Below the pieces are notes generated by a model that was given only the letters and a program-made list of their open reading frames with translations, was not told where the DNA came from and ran no database searches. Made by a program: the position numbers and the translations under genes. A stretch of 64,000 nt of DNA, from contig NC_042997.1 in assembly GCF_006345805.1 (NCBI RefSeq), positions 34,968,001-35,032,000 on the forward strand, in the 5' to 3' direction. The stretch is from Octopus sinensis. Its lineage: Eukaryota. This document shows positions 28,400-42,082 of the stretch, piece after piece; the stretch's first letter is position 1, and each line of letters begins with the position of its first letter.

Positions 28400-30201
28400 T
28401 GCTCAAGGAAATAAAATAAACACTTTAAATTTCCGTGCGTCAGGTCTTAAACAAGGAATACACAAAACAGCATTCACTTCTAAGTTTCTCTATATCTACT
28501 TATCTACTACCAGACAATGGAGTATAGAAACACTATCAATTCTAATAAAGTAGTCTCAAGTTTTTATGTATGCAAGAGATAAAACAATGTTGATGTAAAT
28601 AAAGTAAATGAAATGATTGTTAACAGAAAGTGGAAAACTAACTTAACGATAAAACAGATCTTTGCAAAACACAGAAGATAAAAACCACTACTTACAAAAC
28701 ATAATTGTTTTAAAAGTCTTACATTATCACGTAACAGATTTTAAGGAATACGGAAGACCTATGCTTGAACTTCATGTTTCTAACAATGAAGCTCCTAAGA
28801 TAAATACTTTAAATATTAGCCAGAACATTATACAAGACTTTCTTTAATATATACAGGTGTAAACAAAATAAATCTGATAAATCAGCGCCACCAGATTTTT
28901 TACTGGATGAAAAACAAATCAATGGTGATAAAATTCTAATACGTCTCGGCCAAAGTTTTCTTTCAGTTTCGAACAGGAAAAAAAAAAGTTCTTTGCAGTA
29001 ACCACGCATCGTGACTTTTATTCGGAACATATGTTTAGAAACAGAATTTTTCATAACTAACAATATTTTTAACGTAACTTATACGTTATGCTACAGTGTG
29101 GATATTAGATATTATTGTAAGTTAAATACATACCAGTAACAATAGTGATTTACTTCTGAAATCTGCATGCAGTGTTCTGTTCATATGTATTATGTGTATA
29201 ATATTGTTCATACTTCCTGTTAAGATGCTTTACATACTTAAGTTAAACTTCATTAATTGCAGTCAGGCGATTTTACGCCCATCCCCATGTAATGATATTC
29301 ATAAATTCATTGTTCAGACGTTCATCATCTCTGATCGTTAGATAAATTGATGACAATTGAAGTAGCTTTTCATCTGAAAATCCTAAATCTATCTGGAATT
29401 ATGTACGTGATATACTGTAGTTCTGTGCTATTATTTAATGGTATTATAATTTGCAGCTCTTTCATCATAACATCACCGTTTAATAATGGCATTTGAAATG
29501 TCACTGTGAATTCTCTACAAGTTTTAAGGCCGTTTATTTACATACGGTTTCATTTCCATTATTTCATATTTTAGAATACATGATAGACACCCTACTATCT
29601 CTTTTCTCTCTCTCCCTCTCTTTTCCTCTATGTGTAATATTTATGTCTATTACTTCGAATATTTTATCGCTAAGTATCACCATCATTCCTGGCATATTTT
29701 ACAGAGGATGATGCATACTATAATAGTAAGAGTAACAATGACAGAAATATATTTATATACATAACAAAACTAAATTCCTATTTAACTACTGAAGGAAACG
29801 TTTCTCATCTGACAGCATTTGAAGATGAAACAATTTTTGTCATATTTCCAATTTAGGAGAAACAATATAGACCGTAAGTATATATGTATCTTAGATTTAA
29901 GGTCTATGATTTCGATAAATAATCTCCATATAATGTTTGGAATATAAGGTTCGTTAAGAAGGCACAGAATATTTTCTCGGTAAATAGGAAATCTTCGACT
30001 TCTCTACTCTTGTATTTTTCACAGCTAAGACAATACTTACATCAAATGAACTGTCATCTGTGTAAAAATCGATTCAGGCGAGTAATATCAATTCAGGCGA
30101 ATACATATCTGTGTAATATCGATTCAGGCGAGTACATACCTACCTCTGAGTACAAACGTAAGAAAAATATATGGAGTTGTTTAAGAATATGGATTTGATT
30201 G
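28400..30201 (+). pseudogene. Putative decayed Toll-like-receptor-type gene (LRR, LRR-CT, TM, TIR)
   Basis: In order on +: KINTLNFRASGLKQGIHKTAF (28413), LKVLHYH, LELHVSNNE and KINTLNISQNII (28797, same frame), HLKILNLSG[N]YVRDI (29371), WHLKCHCEF (29487), a hydrophobic segment ending IIPGIFYRG* (~29630-29711), then one frame VSH..FEDETIFVIFPI*EKQYRP*VYMYLR...LRQYL...EYI...KNIWSCLR (29790-30198) resembling TIR boxes. Many stops; matched by eye only. Confidence 0.5.
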
Positions 30202-30403
30202 ACAGTCAAGCCTAAGGTCTCACGGGAGAAGTTGGTACAGTAGTAAGTTTTACAATCAGTTTTAACGAGACACATAAGCGAAAGAAATTTGTACAGTTCA
30301 ATATACTTATGCACATATACAGAAAAGACATGTATTTCTTCACACAAATAGATATTTTTCTTTCTATCTATCTATCTCTTTATATATATGTAAATATGTA
30401 TGC

Positions 30404-30446
<43 letters not shown>

Positions 30447-30457
30447 ATATATGTATG

Positions 30458-30488
<31 letters not shown>

Positions 30489-30553
30489 ATATATATATAT
30501 AATATATATATATATATATAGATATATATAATTTTAATATATATATATATATA

Positions 30554-30589
<36 letters not shown>

Positions 30590-31389
30590 TTGTGTGTGTA
30601 TGTGTGTGTGTGTGTGTGTAATTCGGGTTTTTGATTTGAGATAGCATCTCTTATAGAGGAAGTGCTTAGAAAACACCAAAGATATATGACTATACGACAA
30701 AAACGGCCCAGCAGTGGTGGTACAATTGTCAACTACACGTTTGTACCTCTTTGAATTTTGCTAACAAGTATCTATTCGCAGTTGTCAGTGAATTCTTGCA
30801 ACTAATAGAACTAATGGAACCGAAAGAAGTAGAACTGCTCCTGGACCTCTATTGGGCAATTTGTATCCGATACACATATAATTTTGCATTTTAACTCTCT
30901 AAATCTATTTGAGATGCTATATCTATCAGGGCGAATACCGCAGCTAATTAGGCGTCCAATAAAGTGTCCGTATATGATACATATATTGCTTTTTCTCTCT
31001 CTCCTTACCTTTCTATATGTGTGAGAGAGGGTGTGTGTGTATGTGGGCGTGTGTGTGTATGTGTGTGCATGCGTGTCTGTGTACTTCTATATTAATAAAA
31101 GCGAAATTGGACCCCTGTATCTCAGTCTACATTTGCTCTACATAGACATATTATATCTTTTTTGGAATCAGGATGACCTCAGGACTGAAAATCTGTCCTT
31201 CGTTTGGTTCTTAAACATTCCGCATTGGGATGGAATTTAAAATAACCTCCTAACATTTACTGCATAGGAAAGTAAATGCAATCCGGGATTTGACTCATGA
31301 ATTTCGCGAACTGGATGATAAATGTCCCCCGTGAATAATGATGTGTGTAATGCTCATCTAGGAAATACCCTGTGTGCTAATCTATTTAT

Positions 31390-31701
31390 AGCACCATCCT
31401 TGTTACGCTTTTATATGCAAATGAGACAGGTCACTGGGACGAAGAAGATAAAGACAGCCATACAAAAAAAATGAAAACAAAAACGCATGAGTAAATCCGA
31501 AACGAGGTTATTCGCGGAATACCAACTACTTCAGAGCAGGTGAAAACGGGAATTTCTTGTGGGGTTGCCAAGACATGAAACGACACCACACAAGAGATTT
31601 GTGCCATTTTCGGAATATGATATTCGCAAATGGAAGAGAAAGTTAGAATTGAAGCGCTTTGTGACTAGCGATGTATAGAGCCATCTGATCGTCTGGTCCA
31701 T
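31390..31701 (+). mobile_element. Possible highly degenerate RTE-like LINE 3' end
   Basis: LLYANETGHW (similar to LLYGSETW) and IRNEVIRG, followed by a ~50-bp segment similar to the SINE tail at 59955-60015. Confidence 0.3.
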
Positions 31702-31705
31702 AAAG

Positions 31706-31827
<122 letters not shown>

Positions 31828-31830
31828 ATG

Positions 31831-32206
31831 TGGAGGCGCATTGTCTCAGTGGTTAGGGCAGCGGACTCGCGGTTATAGGATCGCGGTTTCGATTCCCAGA
31901 CCGGGCGTTGTGAGTGTTTATTGAGCGAAAACACCTAAAGCTCCACGAAGCGCCGGCAGGGAATGGTGGTGACCCCTGCTGTACTCTTTCACCACAACTT
32001 TCTCTCACTCTTACTTCTTGTTTCTGTTGTACTTGTATCTGAAAGGGCCGGCCTTGTCACTCTCTGTGTCACGCTAAATATCCCCGAGAACTACGTTATG
32101 GGTACACGTGTCTGTGGAGTGCTCAGCCACTTACACGTTAATTTCACGAGCAGGCTGTTCCGTTCATTCGGATCAACCGGAACCCTCGTCGTCGTAACCG
32201 ACGGAG
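31831..32206 (+). mobile_element. tRNA-derived SINE, family C, full length
   Basis: A-box-like TGTCTCAGTGG and B-box-like GTTTCGATTCC. Head and body are shared with 39148-39423 and 59951-60125. Confidence 0.85.
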
Positions 32207-32226
32207 AAAGAAGAGATCTATCTATA

Positions 32227-32339
<113 letters not shown>

Positions 32340-32386
32340 GTCTGTCTGGACGTATGTATAAGTGTTTGTGTGCATATGTATATGTA

Positions 32387-32431
<45 letters not shown>

Positions 32432-33040
32432 CATATATATATATATATATATATACATACATATATATATATACATCCATATATATATATATATATATGT
32501 ATACATAGCATATAAACGTGGTTGTGGTGTCTATGTGTACGAGTATGCATATGTCTACATAAGCACAGAGCAAGAGAGAGAGAGAGAGAGACAGACAGAG
32601 AGAGAGAGACAGACAGAGAGAGAGAGTGAGAAATCATAGAGTAGCTCTTTCCGCGTTATAAATCGTCGACGACAGGTTTTCGATATATAACTCTAAGTAG
32701 TTATAAGTAGTTATCATTGTGAATGCTTCTAGCAGCTGTTGACAGGAAGACGGTGAGTTAATTCAGGAAGACTGAAATCGCTATACTCAATAATGCCGGT
32801 TTCTACGATTATCATCATCATATTTGATCATTGGCTTTGACGTCATTGACTTGGCCATCACAATCATGAATGTCTGATCAACAATGGCATTGGTAATTGA
32901 AATATATAATTGTTGCTGTATAGATCAAGGGAGAGAGAGAAAGAGAGGGAGGGAAAGAGAGAGAAAGAGAAAGAGAGAGAGAGAGACAGACAGACATGTA
33001 TATGTGTGCATGTGTATGTACATATATATAAATATATGTT

Positions 33041-33116
<76 letters not shown>

Positions 33117-33129
33117 GTATATTGTGTAT

Positions 33130-33177
<48 letters not shown>

Positions 33178-33298
33178 GTATATTGTGTATATATATACAT
33201 GTCGAATTGATTATATATATGTATATGTATATTATGTAATATATAATATATACATATATGTATATGTATATATATATATATATGTCTGTGTGTGTATG

Positions 33299-33347
<49 letters not shown>

Positions 33348-34356
33348 CTGTGTCTGTGTGTATCATCAAATAGATTACAAAGAAAGGGAAAGTGTTGGTG
33401 TTTTCTATTAAAAAATGTAGCAAGTTTTATGTTTGTTTCATTTTATTTGTTAATATATTTATTTTATATACTCATGTTGTTTTGCTTGTTTTTTTTTTCG
33501 TCATAACGGTTTTCCTTAGCTCGGAACACCTGCAGCGACTATGAAAAATATAACTCAGCAACAGCAGTAACAAGAAGACAATACCAAAAAAAAAACAAAA
33601 AAAAACAAAACAAATTAAAAACAAAATAAAAAAAACAAACAGTAACAACAGTAACACCAGATAACCAATAATGATGCTGTCAACTTGAACACAGACACAG
33701 AATGTGAAAAGAAATATGAAAAAAAAACAAAACAAAACAAAATAAAATACAGAGAGCAATTTACTTATTAGTATATTAAATATACATACGAAAGACACAT
33801 CTAAACGCCATACAGAAGACCACCACCACCACCACCACAACCATTACCATCATCATTATAGTCAACACGACCACTTCCACCATTATCGTCAACGGTATCG
33901 TCATCATCCATATTATTTTTACGACATCAACATCACACAACATCACTAAAAACGAGTTTAGATCTGACGAATTAATACAACTACACACAACAAACAGTAT
34001 TTTATGAACACTTATAGTTGGCTTTAAATCCCGAATATCTAAGAGCAATTCTAGAAAATGCAGCTGTATTTTCGATGAATGCGGATGGAGTTGATATCGT
34101 ATTCGGATGAAGTTGCTATTTTAGAAGTTAGACAACTTAACCTTCTGACTTGGATGCCATTCTGACTGTCAGATCTAGTTAGTAAGCATCTGCCATTCAT
34201 TCTCATCTCAGCGTTAATTCGTCAATGCATTACGGAACTGAATTTATTCTCAAGAGCAAATAATGGCAATTTTATTCATACGGACATCCGTGATTGTTGT
34301 TGTCCTCATTGCTGTCGTTATTTATAATAATAATAAAATAAAAATAATAATAATAA

Positions 34357-34406
<50 letters not shown>

Positions 34407-34443
34407 ATAATAATAATAACAATAAAAATAATAATAATAATAA

Positions 34444-34490
<47 letters not shown>

Positions 34491-34691
34491 ATAATAATAA
34501 TAACAAAAATAATAACAATGGTTTCAGACAAGCTATACTATTGAAGCAAGGAGACCAGCTATAATCATGAAGTGCAGAAAAACATACACATACCCTCACA
34601 CAAACACACACACACACGCACACACAAACACACACACACACCACACACACACACACACACTAACACTCACACACACACTCACACACACAAA

Positions 34692-35005
34692 CAGAAGGAA
34701 ACAACGTCAAAAATTGTATGATCACAGATTTTGCAATAACATATGATAGTAGATAGGATATCAAAGAATTTTGAGAAAATTGAGAAAATTAAGAAATATC
34801 AGGATCTAGCCAGAGAGATGAAGAGATTGTTGAACACAAAGGTGAAAATTGTTATTAATTGGTGCACTTGGCACAACGTTCAAAGAGCTAAGAGGCTGAA
34901 GGATATTGGAAATGAGATACGTGCTGTCGACCTGCAGTAAAAGTGCTTTCCAGTAATCCTAAGAAAGTTTCGGAAGATTTGAGGAGACTCACTGTCACCA
35001 AACCT
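34692..35005 (+). mobile_element. 3' fragment of an RLE-type (R4/Dong-like) non-LTR element
   Basis: CMITDFAI..EKIEKIKKYQDLAREMKRLLNTKVKIV-(I)GALG resembles the PD-(D/E)xK endonuclease C-terminus; frameshifted. Confidence 0.7.
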
Positions 35006-35165
35006 AAGGAAAACATCCCTGCTAATTCAATTTTCATTTACTCTTGTCTTAAACCATTTGAAGCAGACAAACCTACTGTTGAAATATTCTGTGTTTTATT
35101 GCATATTACCATCAATATTTTCTTATATATCGCTCTCTTCTGATTGTACATTATTGTTATTATTA

Positions 35166-35212
<47 letters not shown>

Positions 35213-35214
<2 letters not shown>

Positions 35215-35608
35215 GTTTTTTCCTTCTTTCTTCAATTTTTCCTTTTCCTTTTCTCGCCGAGTGTTTTCCATACACCTAGGGCAGAGAAGCTCATTGTATG
35301 TCATTCCCCATATTACACGCCGCAAATTCACAGATAAAAATGTATTTAAAAGTTAATAAATAATAAATTCATGGATGGATGTTATTTTCAACAGCGTAGT
35401 GCTCTTGTTTAGTACATGAGCCGTTCCAGTTAATACGATTTTTTGCACTTCCTGTAGGGATGGTAATCCTGGAAACCTTTTCAAATAGGTTTCAGTACCT
35501 TTTTTATCATTCCTAGAGATCCTACAATCACTGGTTACTGTAGTCGCCTTGAAATGCAACTTTTTTCAATTTCTATTAGCAGGTCTTTATATTTACTAAT
35601 CTTGTCAA
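35213..35608 (-). mobile_element. R4/Dong-like 3' end (endonuclease C-terminus and 3' UTR), copy 1
   Basis: SKYKDLLIEIEK..HFKATTV..GTETYLKRFPGLPSLQEVQKIVLTGTAHVL. Bounded by (TAA)n tracts. Confidence 0.75.
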
Positions 35609-35653
35609 ATTATTATTATTATTATATTATTATTATTATATATTATCTTATTA

Positions 35654-36043
35654 TGTTTTTTCCTTCTTTCTTCAAATTTTCTTCCTTTTCTCGCCGAGTG
35701 TTTTCCATACACCTAGGGCAGAGAAGCTCATTGTATGCATTCCCAGATTACACGCGCAAATTCACAGATAAAATATGTATTTAAAAGTTAATAAATAAAT
35801 AAATTCATGGATGGATGTTATTTTCACAGCGATAGTGCTCTTTTTAGTACATGAGCCGTTCCAGTTAATACGATTTTTTGCACTTCCTGTAGGGATGGTA
35901 AGCCTGGAAACATTTTCAAATAGGTTTCAGTACCTTTTTTATCATTCCTAGAGATCCTACAATCACTGGTACTGTAGTCGCCTTGAAATGCAACATTTTT
36001 TTCAATTTCTATTAGCAGGTCTTTATATTTACTAATCTTGTCA
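35654..36043 (-). mobile_element. R4/Dong-like 3' end, copy 2, near-identical tandem copy of 35213-35608
   Basis: Same sequence and breakpoints as copy 1; differences are mostly 1-bp indels. Confidence 0.75.
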
Positions 36044-36045
36044 AA

Positions 36046-36120
<75 letters not shown>

Positions 36121-36123
<3 letters not shown>

Positions 36124-36838
36124 TAGTATATCTTTTATATCGTGCTTTCACTTCACTACCGAGCGCAGCTCTGTGTGCCTCGGGTATGTGCTGTGATTTG
36201 TTGTGATGTTCTGATGGTTATTGTATGGAAAGTGTTCTGCGTAGGATGTGTGCAGTACCTAGTAGTGCAATTTTCTGTATGTTATATGTGTTTGTAAGTC
36301 CTGGTGTTTTTGTTATGTATTTGTCTGAATATTTTTTGATCATGCCTAATGCACCTACTATGATAGGATTGTTTCTGTATTTAGATTCCACATGGTTACC
36401 TTATTTCCAGGTCTTTGTATTTTGAAAGTATCTCCATTTCTTTTAGAGACACGTTGTCATCTGCCGGTATTGATACATCAATTAGAAAGCATTTTTTTCT
36501 TCATGATCTCTGACAACTATATCTGGTCTGTTGGCCTTAATTTCTCTATCTGTGTGTATCGGCATATCCCAGAGTATGGTTGTTTTCTCATTTTCTGTGA
36601 CCTTTTCTGGTGTGTGCCTATACCATCTTTTTTCTGTTGCTATTCCATAATGTTGGCATAGCTTCCAGTGTATGTAGGTTCCAACTCTGTCATGTCTGTG
36701 AATATATTCCTTCTTAGCCAGGACTGGGCAGCCAGAAATAATATGATTTATTGTTTCTTGTCCATCTCCACATATTCTGCAGTTACTTGTTATATTTCTT
36801 TTCACTACATGTTTTTGCTAATTTCTGGTGGGGAGGCT
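36121..36838 (-). mobile_element. 5'-truncated R4/Dong-like element: CCHC knuckle and restriction-like endonuclease
   Basis: CRICGDGQETINHIISGC, YIHRHDRV, ILWDMPIHTDREIKANRPDIVV, KYKDLEI, IVGALG and QKIALLGTAHILR. (TAA)n on both sides. Confidence 0.9.
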
Positions 36839-36839
36839 T

Positions 36840-36870
<31 letters not shown>

Positions 36871-36929
36871 CTTTTTTTTTCTTCTTTCAAATTTGCTTCC
36901 ATTTCTTGCCGAGTGTCTTCCCGACTCCT
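36871..36929 (-). mobile_element. Very short 3'-terminal stub related to the R4/Dong-like copies
   Basis: CTTCTTTCAAATTTGCTTCCATTTCTTGCCGAGTGTCTTCC resembles 35661-35706. Flanked by (TAA)n. Confidence 0.45.
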
Positions 36930-36933
36930 ATTA

Positions 36934-36973
<40 letters not shown>

Positions 36974-37067
36974 TTCGGAATTCAGATTCTGACGAGGTAG
37001 ACTTTATCGTTTATACTTTTGAGATGCATTCCGTCAATATTTCCAGCCCTGTGGCTATAGTAGAAAG

Positions 37068-37171
37068 TCTTCTTCTTCTTCTTCTTCTTCTTCTTCTTCT
37101 TCTTCTTCTTCTTCTTCTTCTTCTTCTTCTTCTTCTTCTTCTTCTTCTTCTTCTTCTTCTTCTTCTTCTTC
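37068..37171. repeat. Pure (CTT)n tract of about 34 units, followed by mixed (TAG/TGG/CAG)n
   Basis: Directly visible. Confidence 0.95.
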
Positions 37172-37218
37172 CTCTAAATAGTATTAGCAGTGGTGGTGGT
37201 AATAATAGCAGTAAGGGC

Positions 37219-37256
<38 letters not shown>

Positions 37257-38091
37257 CAGTAATAGTGGTGGTGGTGATGGTAGTAGCAGCAGCAGCAGCA
37301 GCAGAAGCAGCACCAGCAGCAGTAGCAATAGTAGTTGTGATAGTAGTGGATGCTGCTACAGTAGAAGGCCTGGTGTACGAATTTAGCTCAAATTTCCATT
37401 TGTTATTGTTTTTAGTTTGATATATCCTTTACTATATCAGGATCTTGTCTCTCGTTACAATGTCTTGTATATCACAAATACAAAGAAAACATTGCGATTA
37501 AATATCCACCAACACCTCACAATTTTGCTCAACTAGGTGGGATTTCAAACACAACAACGATGTTTATCGAAACATATTCTTCCATTCTTTTTGGAGTTTG
37601 TTTTCCTCTTTTATTCCATTCATATATTCTAGAAAGTTTCTCAAGTACCCACTGTCGCTCCTCGTCTTCTCTCATGTTGTATATTCTTATTTTTCTTGCT
37701 TGTACATATATTGATATTTTTCCTTGAAGTTGTTGAATTTATTCCTATAAATGCTATTATCATTGTTGATATTACTGTTGGTAGAACGGCATTTGGAAAA
37801 GAAAAATAAACCAACTAAACGTAAATAAGAAGAGAATAAAACCCCATCTATTCCAGCGTTAGAGATTCCCACTTTGGTTCCTTTGCCAAATCTTCCAATA
37901 ATGCAGTACAATTTTAAAACATTTCTTCCATTTTATTTTTCTGTTTATCGCTTTATTATCCTACCTTGCAGCATATAATTTTCTTCTAAAATACTGCTAA
38001 ACAACACGTATGTTTTAACAAAATACTCGTGTTTTACGAATCCATATGCACAACCCGTACGTTATTTCTTAGAATATATATATATATATAT

Positions 38092-38122
<31 letters not shown>

Positions 38123-38297
38123 CATACATACATTATATATAAATATATTTATATATATATATGTATATATATATATACACACATATATGTTTATGTATAT
38201 GTATATGTGTAAGTATATATATCTCTATAGATATATACATATATGTATATATATGCATACTCACATATGTATGAGTGTGAATGTCAATGTGTGTGCG

Positions 38298-38340
<43 letters not shown>

Positions 38341-38857
38341 GTTGATATATATACGTATGTATGTATATATGAATGTTTGTATGTATTATGCTGTGAAATT
38401 TCCGTAGTTATGTATAGAGACTTTACGTTACGCCCTTGGCTACAAAACGAAGGAACTCAAATTATAGTTTGATGTGCCAAAAGATATACTAAAATATTTC
38501 TTTATTTCGTGCTGCACGAAGCCCATGCTTCTAGTATGAAAATTCTAAGGAGAATTGGGCAAGAATAAGCATTTTTCAGCCAAAGAAATTCCATAGTAAG
38601 GTGGTTATATTTGTATCATATCGTGTGTATTTATTCAGTAATATACCAATAAAAGTTTTAATTGACACATGATTCTCATACTGAAAATACACACGCTCAT
38701 GAAAATACATACAGACTTACACAAACGCGCGCACACGTATTCAAGCATACACATACAACTATATGACACGAATGCATTGTTAGTGACGATGACTCTCAAC
38801 CAAAATAACCATTCAAACACAGGCACAATCTACCTGTATGTCTATCTGTCTGTCTGG

Positions 38858-38925
<68 letters not shown>

Positions 38926-38962
38926 ATCTATCTATCTATCTATACTAACCACACACCCACAT

Positions 38963-39009
<47 letters not shown>

Positions 39010-39017
39010 TACTTACC

Positions 39018-39058
<41 letters not shown>

Positions 39059-39147
39059 TACATATGTATATTTATATGCTTATATATACATACATATATG
39101 TATATATATATAATTACAAATGCATATTTATATATATATATATCCAC

Positions 39148-39423
39148 GGAGGTTGCATGGCCCAGTGTTTAGAGCAGCCGACTCGCGACCAGGCGTTGTG
39201 TGTGTTTATTGATCGAAAACACCTAAAAGCTCTACGAGGCTCTGACAAAGGGTGGTGGCGACCCCTGTTGTACTTTTCACCACAACTTTCTTTCGCTCTC
39301 CCTGCACGTTTCTTGAGTAACGCTGCGATGGACTGTCGCCCCGTCCAGGTGTGGGGAACACATACGCACAGAAACCTTGAAGCCGGGCCCATGTGCCTGG
39401 GTAGGGTTCAAAAACGGGCGACG
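39148..39423 (+). mobile_element. SINE with a family C head and a different 3' tail; B-box region deleted
   Basis: Shares GGCGTTGTG..TTTATTGA.CGAAAACACCTAAA..CACCACAACTTTCT with 31831-32206, then diverges into GATGGACTGTCGCCCCGTCCAGG... Confidence 0.75.
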
Positions 39424-39484
39424 TTTTTATTGTTTTATATATATATATATATACACATTATTATATATATATATATATATATAT

Positions 39485-39518
<34 letters not shown>

Positions 39519-39569
39519 CATATACATATATATATATATGTGTATATATATATATGTATATATATATAT

Positions 39570-39626
<57 letters not shown>

Positions 39627-40733
39627 CATCAACATACATATTTACATATGTATATGCTGATGAACATATATACATAACTATATACATTTATAACATCGGT
39701 GTATGTGCATGTGTGTGACTATGTGTATGTGTACTTGCGCATATTGACCAACATTACCTATATAGCAAATATTTGGAATGTTTGATAGAAGAAACATTTT
39801 AAAAATTACATTAAGCCTTTTTAGGTAATTTCTAATGTATATCTATTGAGGATATCAAAAATAATATTTCATCAAAAAGAAAAAGAATCTACAATCAAAT
39901 TAACATGACAAAAATGCATAATAAATTGCTTTCCTTAAAAAAAAAATGAAAATCTATTGATGAATATGTGCATGTGTATGCGTCCATGTGCATGTGTGTG
40001 GATATGTGTGTTTTACTTTTGTCCAAATCCCCGTTGAAAGTAAATGAAGAAAATACTACTTTGAAATAGAATGGCTGTTTGGTAATATGATTTGTTTTCG
40101 CAATAAATTCCAAATTTTGAAATGTAATATGGAAGATGATTTTTTTTAAGAGATGCTTTAATGTACATATTTGTTATTTCTTTATTGATTTGTATATGTT
40201 CCACAACTTTTGGTGTGGTTTTTGTCGTTCTTAACGTCATGTTATTTGATGGAGTAAAAAAAAAAAAGGGGCACAGAAAGAGAAACAGAGAGAGAGAGAG
40301 GAGAGAGAGAGAGCGAGAGAAAGAGATAGGTGAAAGAAGATAGAGAAAAGGAAAGAGAATGAAAGTAAAAGATGAGTGGGCGGCCAGGGGAGATAAGAGA
40401 GAGAAAATTACATAACAGGAATGCATATGACATCAATTGTTATGCGTACACACGCACACATGCACACATATATTTGTATACACGCATACACATATATACA
40501 TGTATGTGTTTGTATGTGTGTGTATGTGTTTATGTGCGTATGTGTGTGTGTGTGTGTGTGTGTATGCGTGTGTGTACACTAATGCGTTATGTGTTCTTCT
40601 TGTTTTAATGTTGTGCTACACTCATTGGTTGAATACACATATACGACTTAGCAAACATTGATGTGATAAACAGATGTAAACATCTTGATGTAAATCTGCG
40701 TATAGATAAATGCACATGTACGTATATATATAT

Positions 40734-40774
<41 letters not shown>

Positions 40775-40960
40775 TATGCGTGTAAGTAAGTATGGATCTC
40801 TGTGTCAATGTGTATTTACGACATGGAACGACATCTTAGACAACGAATAACATCTAATAGATGTCAAGGCTTAATACATTCATTAGATGCTAAAAAAACA
40901 TTCTATACACACATATACTTATACATACTATATACGTATATACGTGTTTATATATTTATA

Positions 40961-41007
<47 letters not shown>

Positions 41008-41021
41008 TATATATTATATAT

Positions 41022-41096
<75 letters not shown>

Positions 41097-41103
41097 CACA
41101 AGA

Positions 41104-41138
<35 letters not shown>

Positions 41139-41231
41139 TGATAAAAATGGTAAGACAACAAAAGAAAGAAACCGATATGCAATATATTTTCTTCTTTTGT
41201 CTTCTCTCTCTTTCTTTCACATATTACATTT

Positions 41232-41271
<40 letters not shown>

Positions 41272-41631
41272 TTGTTTGTGTGTGTGTGTGTGCATCTATT
41301 TATGTATGAGTGTATATGATGGACTTCCTATTTTTAGAAAGTCTAGCAACCATATAGAGATCATCTGCATGTCTTCTGCCAAACACCATCTAATGGGTCA
41401 CGATATGTTTGTTATGTAGTTACAGTTGGTATCGAGTCTGTCCATGATCAAATGGTTTGTATATAATGTATTTATATATATTTATGGATACACAAGAAAA
41501 TAGGATGTGTGCTGAGGCAGATGTCCTTCTATCTTGTTTCTAACCACATACCAGCGCTTTTTATGGTATGAATATGCGTGTTTGTGGTGTTTGTGTGTAT
41601 GTGTGTGTGAGTGTGTGCATTTTGTCTTTGT

Positions 41632-41855
41632 GTGTTGGGCTGTGCTCCCCGAAACGATTCTCAATGTCATAGTTTCTTTCTGGCAAAGGATGATGGCTTC
41701 TGTCAGATCTAGCGGGGAAGAGCCCGATTCAGTCACAGTTTCAAATGGGACAAAACCTGGCTGTGTTCTTGCGTTACTCTTTTATGCATTGCATTTCTCC
41801 ATCACGTTGGAAAAAATGTTCGAGGGTGTTAAAGAAGCAGTAAACTTTGAGTAGT
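41632..41855 (+). mobile_element. RTE-clade reverse transcriptase fragment
   Basis: PETILNVIVSFWQRMMASVRSSGEEPDSVTVSNGTKPGCVLALLF matches the RTE 'SFH.GM.A.V...G......V..GVKQGCVLAP.LF' pattern. Confidence 0.8.
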
Positions 41856-42082
41856 GAACTGGTGGTGGCTTGTTGAACCAACCCCGTTTCAGAGCAAAAA
41901 TTGAGATTGTGGTGAAAATAGTTCGAATTACATATATATATGTGAGAGGAATTTGTATCCAGAAGACAGGTAAGATGACAGGTAAGTCAATGTAAGTGCT
42001 TACTGGACTCTCGGTTCGATAATAATACGAATGAGGAGTCTAATGCGGGTTTTGTGTGAGCGTGTAAATGTTAAATAAAATA

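Noticed and set aside
29705-29873. Microexon pair EDDAYYN / GAGAAACAATATAGACC
   Set aside because: Phases are incompatible without stops; the region is better explained as the TM-TIR relic.
37520-37730. Minus-strand REDEERQWVLEKL as a second TIR relic
   Set aside because: A single short motif with no flanking TIR boxes or upstream LRRs.
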